DNA of 63,903 nucleotides, counting the filler, from Folioceros fuciformis (taxonomy: Eukaryota): the NCBI GenBank assembly GCA_049999805.1. It is 10 parts of 10 records of this genome, joined end to end, with 100 filler letters (N's around TTAATTAATTAA, not from the genome) between each part and the next. Parts side by side here need not be neighbours in the genome. Positions count along the whole stretch, not along the records: positions 10,241 to 16,915 come from JBNGIO010003952.1; positions 17,016 to 27,162 come from JBNGIO010003953.1; 8 more parts are not named here. One strand, given 5' to 3'. Below, piece by piece: positions 12,269 through 22,723 of the stretch. Each line of letters begins with the position of its first letter. Position 1 is the stretch's first letter. The notes beneath the pieces are model-generated. The model did no database searches, was not told where the DNA came from, and worked only from the letters and a program-made list of their open reading frames with translations. The position numbers and the translations under genes were made by a program.

Positions 12269-12746
12269 GTAGTTGTACAGCTAGCGTAACCGTCCAGACG
12301 TTGCAGCTGACGGTGGCGCCGATGGCATCTACGAACGAGCGGATGGTGTGCTGCGTAGCCACTCCCCCTGACGAACCTGAAGGCTCGTGCATCCCACAAT
12401 CGCCAGCTCCATGCACACAAAACTCGTGTAAAATTGAATCGGGTAGTTAGAAGCAAAGTGAGCGTCACTTTCAACAAGGTGAAGCAGAAGGTGATGAGGA
12501 GCAAGGCTGTGATGATGTACCCGGTGGCGGAGTCGGTTGAGGCCATTGGCCGAGCTGCCGTCGTCAGTGGTGGTGACCGGGTCGTCGAACACCAGCACCG
12601 ACCCGTACTCGTACTTGCTGCATTCGCCCGCTGTGAGATGCCTACCTCCACAAACCTCGGTCCCGTCGGCGGGCCCGACGTCCAGGTGACCGTACGCCCC
12701 GAGGGCGAAGAGGGAAATAATTGCGGGGGTACGGAGCTAGAGACAT
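12269..12746 (-). pseudogene. Dirigent (DIR) protein pseudogene with several frameshifts and deletions
   Basis: Motifs in canonical order across frames: signal-like AIISLFALGAYG, YGSVLVFDDPVT, ELAIVGCT, AFRFVRGSGYA, GATVSCNV, LYNY. GC-rich third positions. Confidence 0.8.
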
Positions 12747-13013
12747 TCCACCAAATGTCGATGTCGCGCTGGACTGTGGATAAGAGATTTCGAATTCTCA
12801 CCACCCACATCCACTCTGGTTCTCACTCTGGAGTATGCTCTAGAGGTGCCTCTTATTAAAAAAAGGCCAGCTAGTCCTCCCAATAATGCATGTCAGAAAG
12901 GTGCACCGGCTGGACAACGAATCACAGTGCCCTGCTCGGGATCACCAATTCCAGCTCACGGGAATATGTCCACATATCCTTTAGTTTACTCCCACAGTGC
13001 CGCTGTTTTCATG

Positions 13014-14771
13014 GGCTAGCCGAAAAAATCAGGTGGCCGGGTCTGGGCCCCACCGATCCACTCGTGGAGCACTGCCATGCTTGATGCATTCCATCCCGTG
13101 GCTTGTGCGTAAGGATACGGTGAGCATCTACGGGCACCGGCAACCGGTGAAATAGAGCGGCAAGGGCAAGCCGTGGGTTATCGCCGCGAAAAACGGGGCT
13201 GGCAATGTATTTCACTAGCGAACTACCGTCCTTGGTCTACAGCGCAAACTATTAGATTAATACGAATACACGTATATCTTCAATAAGATATTCACTTGCG
13301 CTGCCTGGAACCAAGTCCCGCTTCTTCGTCTTCCACGGGCAGAGACAGGTAGGTGTGTGTCTGCGTTCGTGAGCGGAGAAGATTTGTTGTGGATTTGAAA
13401 TTGCAGGAGCCTACGTTCGTGAGCGGGGAAGGTTTGTTGTGGATTTGAAATTGCAGGAGCCTGAGCCCCATGGATTTCAAAGCTGCAGGAATCTAAGGCT
13501 CATGGATTTGAAGACCGCTGGANNNNNNNNNNTTCAAAGCTGCAGGAATCTAAGGCTCATGGATTTGAAGACCGCTGGAGTTCAAAGCTGCAGGAATCTA
13601 AGGCTCATGGATTTGACGACCGCTGGAGTTCAAAGCTGCAGGAATCTAAGGCTCATGGATTTGAAGACCGCTGGAGCCTGAGCTCCATCGATATGAAGCC
13701 TGCTGATAAGAAGGTCCTGGAGGCAATAAAGCACTATAGTGAATGGAAACTAAATACACAAAGCAGCAAAAACATGGAAGCCAAGGTACTTGTCTACAGA
13801 GAAAAAACCAGGGAGTGCAACCTTGCCATTGTCCTGGAAAACAAGGCATGTAATTATCTACCGTTGTCCTCCATCCATTCTCTTTGCCACCTCACATTCC
13901 AAGTGACTTTCTTCGTTTTCCCCTTGGGAGGGAAAAAAGAAAGGCCTCAACCTAGCTGCATTGCTTGGTCCTTCAACTAGTATAAAAAGGTTGCAATGGC
14001 CTGCACTTAGGTTGTCCACCTATCTCTTGCATTTGGGCTATGAGCCACTTCATAGCCAACAAAGTATTCTGCATCCTCAACACAATACCATCGTGCATAT
14101 ACACACAATCCTAAATGTTCTTCCATCCTTGTTTCACACTCACTAATCCTTGCATGCTACATACTATTTTGTTTGCCTTACCATGAAAAATAGAATGGTG
14201 TGTAGCATGCAAGGATTAGTGAAGACTAGAGAAAGAAACAAACATCCAAAGTCAACATGTGAAGGAAACCTTGCATTGCAGCATCCTGATCAAATGTGCT
14301 CCAAAATGCACAAAAAATACATCATTCTAGTTACCTTGCTAAGACAAACATAATGGTATATAGCATGCAAGGATTAGTACCGACAAGAGAAAGAAATGAG
14401 CATCCAAAGTCAGGATGTGAGAAAAACCTTTCATTGGCAAGTGAAAATCCATGATAGGTGCTAGGCGATTATTTGGTGGTTAGCAATCCGCCACGCATCA
14501 TTTGGTGGTAAGCGAGGTCAGCTGGGATCACCTTGTCCATGTAAGGAGCGCCCATTTGGCACACCGCGGTGTAAGCAAATCAAGATTTGAAATGAGGTTT
14601 CAGTACCTAAATCCTAATTCCTACAACTAGGTGGTAGACACAAGCAGTAACCGGTCAAGCCTATATTGTATACAGAGCATGTATGAGGTCACATACATGC
14701 ACCGTATACACTCGGGCACAAGGATAGTGTCGGTGGGGCCCGGACCTGTCCCCCTATTTATAGGGCTAAGC
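13014..14771 (+). mobile_element. Non-autonomous Mutator-like element (MULE), copy A
   Basis: Perfect 9-bp TSD GTTTTCATG (13005-13013 and 14772-14780). Imperfect TIRs starting GG. No transposase. Confidence 0.85.
13476..13680. repeat. 48-bp tandem repeat inside MULE A (about 4 units, spans a short gap)
   Basis: Unit TTCAAAGCTGCAGGAATCTAAGGCTCATGGATTTGAAGACCGCTGGAG. Confidence 0.9.
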
Positions 14772-14934
14772 GTTTTCATGACACAACGTGAGCACGGAGC
14801 GGGTCCATCTACCCTACACCTTTGTGTTATGTCACCCATCAACCTGGATCTCGATAAAGGTACGCTTTCTAGATGACTCAATAACCAATCCGTAGCGATG
14901 GTCTCTGCCTTATTCGCTTCTAGAACCACGAATG

Positions 14935-16495
14935 GGCTTGCCATGAAAATTAGTTGGCCAGGTCTAGGCCCCACTGACACTCTTCTTACACGAGTCTGCT
15001 GCAAAGGTTACCACATAACATGTGACTATCATACATACACCATATACCGTATAGGCTTCACCAGTTACCGGTTGTTTCTGCCACCGGGTTGTAAGCACTA
15101 TGCTTTAGGTACTGAAACCCTCATTTCAAATCATGATTTGCTTACACAGAGGTGTGCAAAATTGGCATCAAATTCGTGCTCCTTAGATGGACAACAGTGA
15201 TCCTAGCTGACCTCGCTTACTACCAAATGATGCACCCCGTATTGCTTACTACCAACACAAACAGAATGATGTATTTTGTGTGCGTTTTAGAGCACATTTG
15301 AGCAGGATGATGTAAGAAAAGGTTTTCTTCGCATCTTGACTTTGGGTGTTTAGTTCTTTCCCCAGTCTTCACTAATTCTTGCATTTTGAATATCATTTTG
15401 TTTCCCTCAGCAATGCAAACAGAATGATGTATTGTTTGTGCGTTTTGAAGCACATTTGAGCAGGATGTTGCAAGAAAAGATTTTCTTCACATCCTGACTT
15501 TGGGTGTTCAGTCTTCGCTAATTGTTGCATGTTGTACACCATTCTGTTTGGCTCAGCAAGGCAAACAGAATGATGTGTTGTGTATGCGTTTTGGAGCACA
15601 TTTGATCAAGATGCTGCAATGCAAGGGTTTCTTCACATCGTGACTTTGGGTGTTCAGTTCTTTCTCCAGTCTTTACTAATTGATCCATGCTATATACCAT
15701 TCTGTTTGCCTTAGCAAGGCAAACAAAATTATGTGTTTTGTGTGCATTTTGGAGTACATGTGATCATGAAGCTGCAATTACATGCCTTGTCTTCCAGGAC
15801 AATGGCAGGGTTGCACGCCCTGGTTTTTCTCTCCACAGGAACACCTTGGCTTCCATGTTTTTGTTCATTTGTGGATTTAGTTTCCATTCACTATAGTGCC
15901 TTGTTGCCTCCATGACCTTCCTACTTGCAGCCTTTATATTCATGGAGCTCAGTCTCCTGCAGCCTTCCAATCCATGTGCCTTAGATTCCTGCAGCCTATA
16001 AATCCATAGGGCTCATACTCTGCAATTTCAAATCCATGGTATTCCGGAGTGCAATGGCAAATCCATGGCAAACCATCTATGCTCACAAAGGCAGACACAC
16101 ACTTGCCTATCTCTGCCCGTGGAAAAAGAGAAACGAGACTTGGTTCTGTCCGTGGAAAGACTTGGTTCTGTCCGTGGAAGAAGAAGAAGAGGGACTTCTT
16201 CCAGCGCAAGCCAATATTTTATTGAAGATATATATGTAATCGTATACGTATATTGTTTGTAGTGTAATATTGTGCGCTGTAGAACAACAAGGACAGTAGT
16301 TCGCTCGTGATCTGCATTGCCAGCCCGTTTTTCGCGGCGATAACCCACGGCTTGCCGGTGCCCCTGCAAAACCATACGTAGATGCTGACCGTATCCCTAT
16401 GCACAAGCCATGGGATGTCATACATGAAGCATGGCACGGCTGCACGAGTGGATCGGTGGGGCCCAGACCTGGCCAACTGATTTTTACGGCTAGCC
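14935..16495 (-). mobile_element. Non-autonomous MULE copy B, inverted relative to copy A
   Basis: Perfect 9-bp TSD CCACGAATG (14926-14934 and 16496-16504). TIRs GGCTTGCCATGAAAATTAGTTGGCCAGGTCT / AGACCTGGCCAACTGATTTTTACGGCTAGCC. Internal ~150-160-bp tandem units at 15255-15760. Confidence 0.88.
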
Positions 16496-17015
16496 CCACG
16501 AATGCCCTATGGTCCCAATATATGTACTGTACAGACACCGGGAATCCTGCCAAGTCCAATGTCCGGAGAGTCGAGCTGACGCTGGACCGGACGCTGGATC
16601 TCCTTCCGTGCTAGGGAAGGCAAGCGTGTTGCAGAGGCAGAGGTAAATGATGCCATCTTGCCTCAGAACTTCAACAGCCCCTGCGCCACGCTACACTTCA
16701 GTGTGCAACAATCGGCATTTACAAACATTCCGATCGGGTACTTGAGTGTGCTGCGAAAGCGGGCAGTCGAGCCGCTCTTTCTAGCGGAGATAATGCACAC
16801 CGCTGCGTGCGTGTATGTGAGCTGTCAAGTGAACGCAATGCGAATGTTTCCATATGAAGCGCGTCATGTGGCAAGCTCTCACAATTCCATAAAACAAGCT
16901 TGTTTCCGACAAGCGNNNNNNNNNNNNNNNNNNNNNNNNNNNNNNNNNNNNNNNNNNNNTTAATTAATTAANNNNNNNNNNNNNNNNNNNNNNNNNNNNN
17001 NNNNNNNNNNNNNNN

Positions 17016-18235
17016 AGCCGAGCCTCCTCAGCTCGCTAACGAGGACTCTGATCTCAGCATCTGATAGTGAGGGCGAGGGTGTCTCTGGCTGGAGTAGATG
17101 CAACCAAGTTCCGCACTTCCAGAGTTTTGGACTTGGTAGACTTCAGCATTTTCTCCAGCTCCACGCATGCTTTCTCGGTTCGAAGGAGGTGCTCGATTAG
17201 GGCTCTGTCCGCCTGCGATGGCCAACAGTTCCTCCTCAGCTTCTCCTCGTTGATGATGGTACTTCTTTCCACATACTCTTCTCTTGGTCTTCTCTGGCTA
17301 CTGTGCCATTGATCGACCGAGCCATGGTAGCTGCAGTGTAACTCCAATAACACTTGTGATGCTCATAGTGACCAGCTCGAGGGGGTTAGATATCCCCATG
17401 TTTCACACTCTTCTCGTGTCCTGCCTGAGAAGCTCAAGCGCTGAACATAGCCTCCGCGTGTGTGCTCAATAACTCCTCATGTCTTCAACCTGTTTGGTTA
17501 AAAGGGGATGTTAGGGTTTGGTTAACCCCTGGTTAGTTAACCCTTGGTTAGTTAACCTCATAGGTTAGGCTAGTTAGTTTAACCTAGGGTTTACTTAAGA
17601 CTATATAAGACTATTATTTATTGAACATTTTAACTTTTGATATACAACATTCTTTTTGTGTTCTATGTTAGAAGGTTTAGTATCACTCTGTGGCCCCGAC
17701 CTCCCAATTGCTAAAGTCGACTTCCTTTGGCTCCTCTGGCTTCCACTTTACTTCTTTGATTGGCTTCCACATATGCAGCAAAGCAATGCCTTCAATCTCA
17801 GGTAGGAGGTTAGCATGGCAATAAAGATGAATAAGGGGAAATATAGATGAATAAGGAATGGGGAAATCATCGACGATCAAGGAGAGGAGGAGGCCAGGTT
17901 CTGCCTCTCCTCGTTCAGCCTATCATACAAAATCTTTCCTAAATTGACCCGACTGCCCTTAATCACTTCACGTAAAAACAACAGCATCTGGTCAGAGAGG
18001 TAGTCATGTTTCCGGTTCTGCAAGAAGCACAGTAGCCACCTCACCAGAGCCATCAGTTGGGTAGTCGCCATCTCCCTCGCCAACCACCCGTTGGCCTCTT
18101 GCCCAATTCTTGCCTTGAACAACGCCTCCGCTGCTGCTGCAGTGCTGCGTTTCTTCACCGACTCAAGGACGAGTCCTCCTTCCTCCTCCTGGCTGCGGCC
18201 ATACACCTTCCGCACCAGGTCCACGCTCCAATCTT
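17016..18235 (-). mobile_element. Degenerate accessory ORF of probable Ty3/Gypsy origin
   Basis: Coding-like REVIKGSRVNLGKILYDRLNEE, then a coiled-coil-like segment. AT-rich intron-like interval at ~17490-17680. Confidence 0.45.
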
Positions 18236-18244
18236 GTGGATTGG

Positions 18245-18790
18245 TGTGGTGGCAAAACCCCGGGCACTATTTGCCAACGGGTTCAACCTTTAGCAGCCAC
18301 ACTTATCCCACTGTCATTGAGACATTGGGTTTCCTTCCCACAAAGGAGTGATGGGATTCCTAGCTGCTCTGGATGGAGGGTCAGACTCANNNNNNNNNNT
18401 CATCTCGATGACGGCCACACTTATCCCACTGTCGTTGAGACATTGGTTTCCTTCCCACGAAGGAGCGATGGGGTTCCTAGCTGCTCTGGATGGAGGGTCG
18501 GACTCAATCGTCTCGATGACGGATTTGAGGGCTCCCCTCCAGCTTTGATCAAGCGTGGGACAGTCCTCACTGTCCAGCGGTCAACTGCACCTCTCTCGGT
18601 GCCCACAAGCTCACTCTTGTCACTACAATGACCCTAACCTCTCAGATCTGCAACTTCCCTCACTCACTTCACTCACTCACTCCCTCCAGCACCAACAACT
18701 AGCAACGACGCCACTACCTTCTACGCTTCCTTATTGACTCCCCTACCCGGTACTAGTCACTGGACTAACCCCAAAGAAGAACATGCCGCC
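18245..18790 (+). repeat. LTR terminus of a repeated family (other copies 27263-27899 minus, 55978-56237 plus)
   Basis: All three copies begin TGTGG(T/A)GGCAAAACCCCGGGCAC and align for >250 bp. Confidence 0.75.
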
Positions 18791-19598
18791 ATCCATGATC
18801 CTACCAGACACCATGCAAGCATGGTTGGCACTCACTCCAGCCCTGCGAGGAAACGAAAATGACAGATCATGGGTACACACCACGAAGAGCATGATCAAGA
18901 ATTAAAAGGGACCTCACCCTTAATCCTGGCCACCACTTCTCAAAGCTTTACCAGACGCTGCACACATGCACAACTGGCACACACTGCTTTATCCAAGTAG
19001 GGACAGCCTGAGAGAACTCGCAAAGTGACAACATGCCTCCTACAAGCTCACTTGATCTTATAGGAGCCTCTCTCTTTCTAACTTCACCTCTCTAGCTTGA
19101 CAATTATTATTTTAATAGGACCACTAGCCTAGTCGGCTATCACCAGCCACTTATTTAGACTTTCCTAGCACATCCTGCCGCCAATGAGCTGGCCCTACAA
19201 CCTACTGACCCTACCACCACAAGTATCCACCACCTCTTAAACTATCCTGAGACCTTGAAGGATGCCTGATCTTCAAAGATCTTGCAGACGTCGCCTCTTC
19301 CTTGCTGGATGGCTACCCGCAAAGCCTTCCCCTGCAACTGTTCCTCCTTGGTGGCTGAGCCTGCCTCCACAGGAGGAGTATGAGCAATGGGAGAAGATAG
19401 GGAAGAGGTGGGTAAAAGTAGGGTGAGCAGCCGAAACCGGGCTTGAAATTGGCAGCTTATTCAGCAAAATTGGCTTCCAGCCAAACGGTTCCTCAGCCAT
19501 GGAAAACTAATCCTACTGTCTCGGGACAGTTCAACCTATCGACCAAGTGAGGTAGGTAAGGTTTATACTTCATACAATTATCTCACAAAAAATAGCAA

Positions 19599-19630
<32 letters not shown>

Positions 19631-19821
19631 AGGAAATGGGAAAAAGGAGAGGGAGGCGGGATAGGTAGCTTTCCGGGCAACAGGGCAGCGGTCGGGTAGC
19701 ACGGGCAGAGCGAGCAGGCGCGGGGGAAACCGAGCAGGCGCGGGCAGATTGGATAGGCGTGGGGCAGGCGCGGGCTAGATTAGGTAGGCGCAGGGTAGAT
19801 TGGGCAGGCGCGAGGCAGTGG

Positions 19822-22166
19822 TGAAGGATCGCTAGAGGAGCCACATGGTGAAGGAGGAGAGGAGAAAGAGAGGTCACACTCTTAGTCTCACATTGCAAGG
19901 GAGCTCAAGGGGGTTTATATATCCTCTAGAAGAGCTCGCTAGGAAGCTTCACAAGAAGCGTACAGGAAGCCACACAAGAAGCTTCCTACATATTAGCTTA
20001 AGCTAATCTAAACAAATGATCCTTAATTAGACACTAATCTTAGACTAAACACATTAATCTAAGCACATTGGGCTTTAATAACCCTACAACCTCCCACTTA
20101 AAGGCCAATTTACCTGCATAGGAGAGTGGTCTACCTCATGCCCATGAGTGTCCGAGCTTGTGCGAATTGCTCTGTAGAGAGCTCCTTGGTAAGAACATCT
20201 GCAGGGTTCTGATTGGTGTGAACTTTGACAAGCTGTACCCTCTTGTCTTCCAACACCTCTCGAATGAAGTGATACTTCACTTCCACATGTTTGGTCTTCG
20301 CATGAAACACCGGATTCTTCGCCAATTGGATAGCACTCTGGCTATCAGAATGCAACACTAGCAGCTCAACCTTGATCCCCAAATCTCCCACTAAACGAGC
20401 AAGCCACATGGCTTCCTTGCAAGCCTCAGTCGCTGCAACATACTCGACCTCTATGGTAGATAGCGTTATGCACGATTGCAAACGAGATCACCATAAGACT
20501 GCCCCTCTAGTGCACATGAAGACATGACCTGATGTGGACCTCCATTTGTCCATATCCCTTACATAATCAGCATCCATATATCCCACAACAGATGCATCTT
20601 CACTACCAAAACATAAGCACAAAGCTTTCATACCATTTAAGTACATCATAACTCCTTTCACTGCCTCCCAATGCTTCCTGCTAGGGTTTAACATAAACCT
20701 GCTGAGCACTCCCACTGCAAAGGCAATGTCAGGGCGTGTAGCAATCATTGCATACATCAAACTCCCTACAGCTGATGAGTATGGAACTTGCTCCATTTCA
20801 GCTTTGTCCTCTACAGAGCTTGGGAAATCCTTGCTCGACAGTTTCACATATGGAGAGTACTCAATACCTTCCCCTTCTTCATATTGAAACGTTGAAGCAC
20901 CATGTTAATGTATTCAGTCTGAGACAAGTAAAGCAAATGCTTATGTTTGTCTCGACGAATGTGCATGCCAAGAATATGGCTTGCCTCTCCTAAGTCTGTC
21001 ATGTCAAAATGACCATTCAACTTTGACTTCAACGCTGAAATCTCATCACTATTAGTCCCAGCAATTAGCATATCATCCACATAGAGGACCAGAATCAGCA
21101 AGCTTCCATCCTTAGCTTGCTTCGTATAGAGGCAATGATCCTCATCGCTACGTTTGTAGCCTTGAGAAAGCATAAATGAAAGCCAAACACATCCTTTCCT
21201 AGTAGCATCATATGTGCTAAACCACTCCCTATACGGAGTACCGTGGAAAGATGCCCCAGAGTCAATTATCCAATTAGAGAATAAGTGACTCTTTATGGCT
21301 GTCTGTTGTGCAAAATCAAAGGAAGAAGAGGTAAGAACATCTCCATTGTCAACATAATTCACCTCATCAGGCTTGCTACTCAAGCTTGCCTTGTTGTCGC
21401 TCTACTTCTTCTCCTTTCCTTTATCCTTCTTGAACTTCTCGTAGTCCTTCCTGATGTGACCCTTCTTGTGGCAATGGTAACACTCAACATTGTTACGACT
21501 ACAAGATTTGCTACGGGAAGAACTTTGCTCCTTGTACTTCCCCTTTGAAGTGGACCTTCCTCTCATCATGAGGGCATTGGAACCTTTTGAAGGTTCCATA
21601 TTCTTCTAGTTCACCTCCTCTGTTAACAGGCTACCTTCCACATTTACAACGATAAGACCACTGGTAGGAGCAGAATTACTCAAAGCTGTACAAAAGGTGT
21701 CCTAGCTCTCTGGTAATGTGACCAACAGAAACATAGCTCTCACAGAATCTGGGAACGAGATACCTTAAGATGAGAGCTGGCTGAAAATGGTATTGAACTC
21801 GTTCAGACGATCAAACATCCTCGTCCCTTCCTTCATCTTCAAGTCCACCAGCTATTTTAACTAGTACACCTGAGAAGGCGCACTTTGCTTCTCATTCAGG
21901 TCACACAACTTCTGTCATAGCTCGTATCTTGTGGTCTTGTCTTTCATATTGAAGTAGACTGACTTCAACAATGTTAGCATGATGGTAGACCTAGCAAGCT
22001 CATCTAGATCCTGCCACTCATCCTGAGTCATGCTAACAGGTTTCACTCCTAGCAGCTTGATCTGCTTCTTCTGTATTAGAACATTATACACTTGTTCTTT
22101 CCAAAACGGAAAGTTAGTACCATCTAACTTCTCGATATTGAACATGACGTTTTCTGAGGATGTCAT
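19822..22166 (-). mobile_element. Tnt1/Tork-like Copia, internally deleted (no integrase), 3' LTR 19822-20088
   Basis: IEKLDGTNFPFWK, CYHCHKKGHIRKD, WIIDSGASFH fused to RT LYVDDMLIAG, RNase H. PPT AAGTGGGAGGT then TGTAGGG. Confidence 0.93.
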
Positions 22167-22231
22167 GTTTCAAAATCGATGCAAATCAAGCAAAATGCTA
22201 GTTAGAAACTGTCGGAATGTAATGTAGATTT

Positions 22232-22723
22232 TGTTACCCTTACACCTCGTTCCGAATCGGCCGTCCACAATTCAGGCCTCGGTCACTCACGACTGCAGTA
22301 TCCCGTTGTTCGATCGAGATTTCGACACCTCATGGCTAGGATCTATTTAGCCCGCGCCTTTGCCCTCAGCGTCCGTGCTCCGACCCTTGTAATCCAGCGC
22401 CCGGCGTCCGCGACTTTCGCGTCCGGCAGCGCCCCGCGATTTAGCAGCCTAGCTATGTCCGCCGGCCAGGTCCTCATCGGCCGGGTCCGCGCCCATCGGC
22501 TGAGTTTTGCGCCCCGGCTGGGGTTTTGGCTCCCCGTGGGCTACGGCAGCCTGCGGCCTTGAGGGGGCAGAAGCTGATAGGCTAAGGCTATTCCCAGGGC
22601 TATTGAGGGGACAAGCCCAACAATGGTATAGTAGGACGCATAGTAGTACCACAACGTTGAGTTGAGGGAGCCTCAAGTCTGAATTTCTAACTAGGTTTAG
22701 AGGGTTAAGTCGTGGTCATCATA
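22232..22723. repeat. Possible LTR fragment between the Copia leader and Gypsy gag
   Basis: Starts TGTTAC, ends CATCATA, GC-rich non-coding. No TSD found. Confidence 0.3.

Noticed and set aside
12142-12810. 222-aa ORF with a hydrophobic segment as a novel membrane protein
   Set aside because: Better explained as a mixed-frame reading of the dirigent pseudogene.
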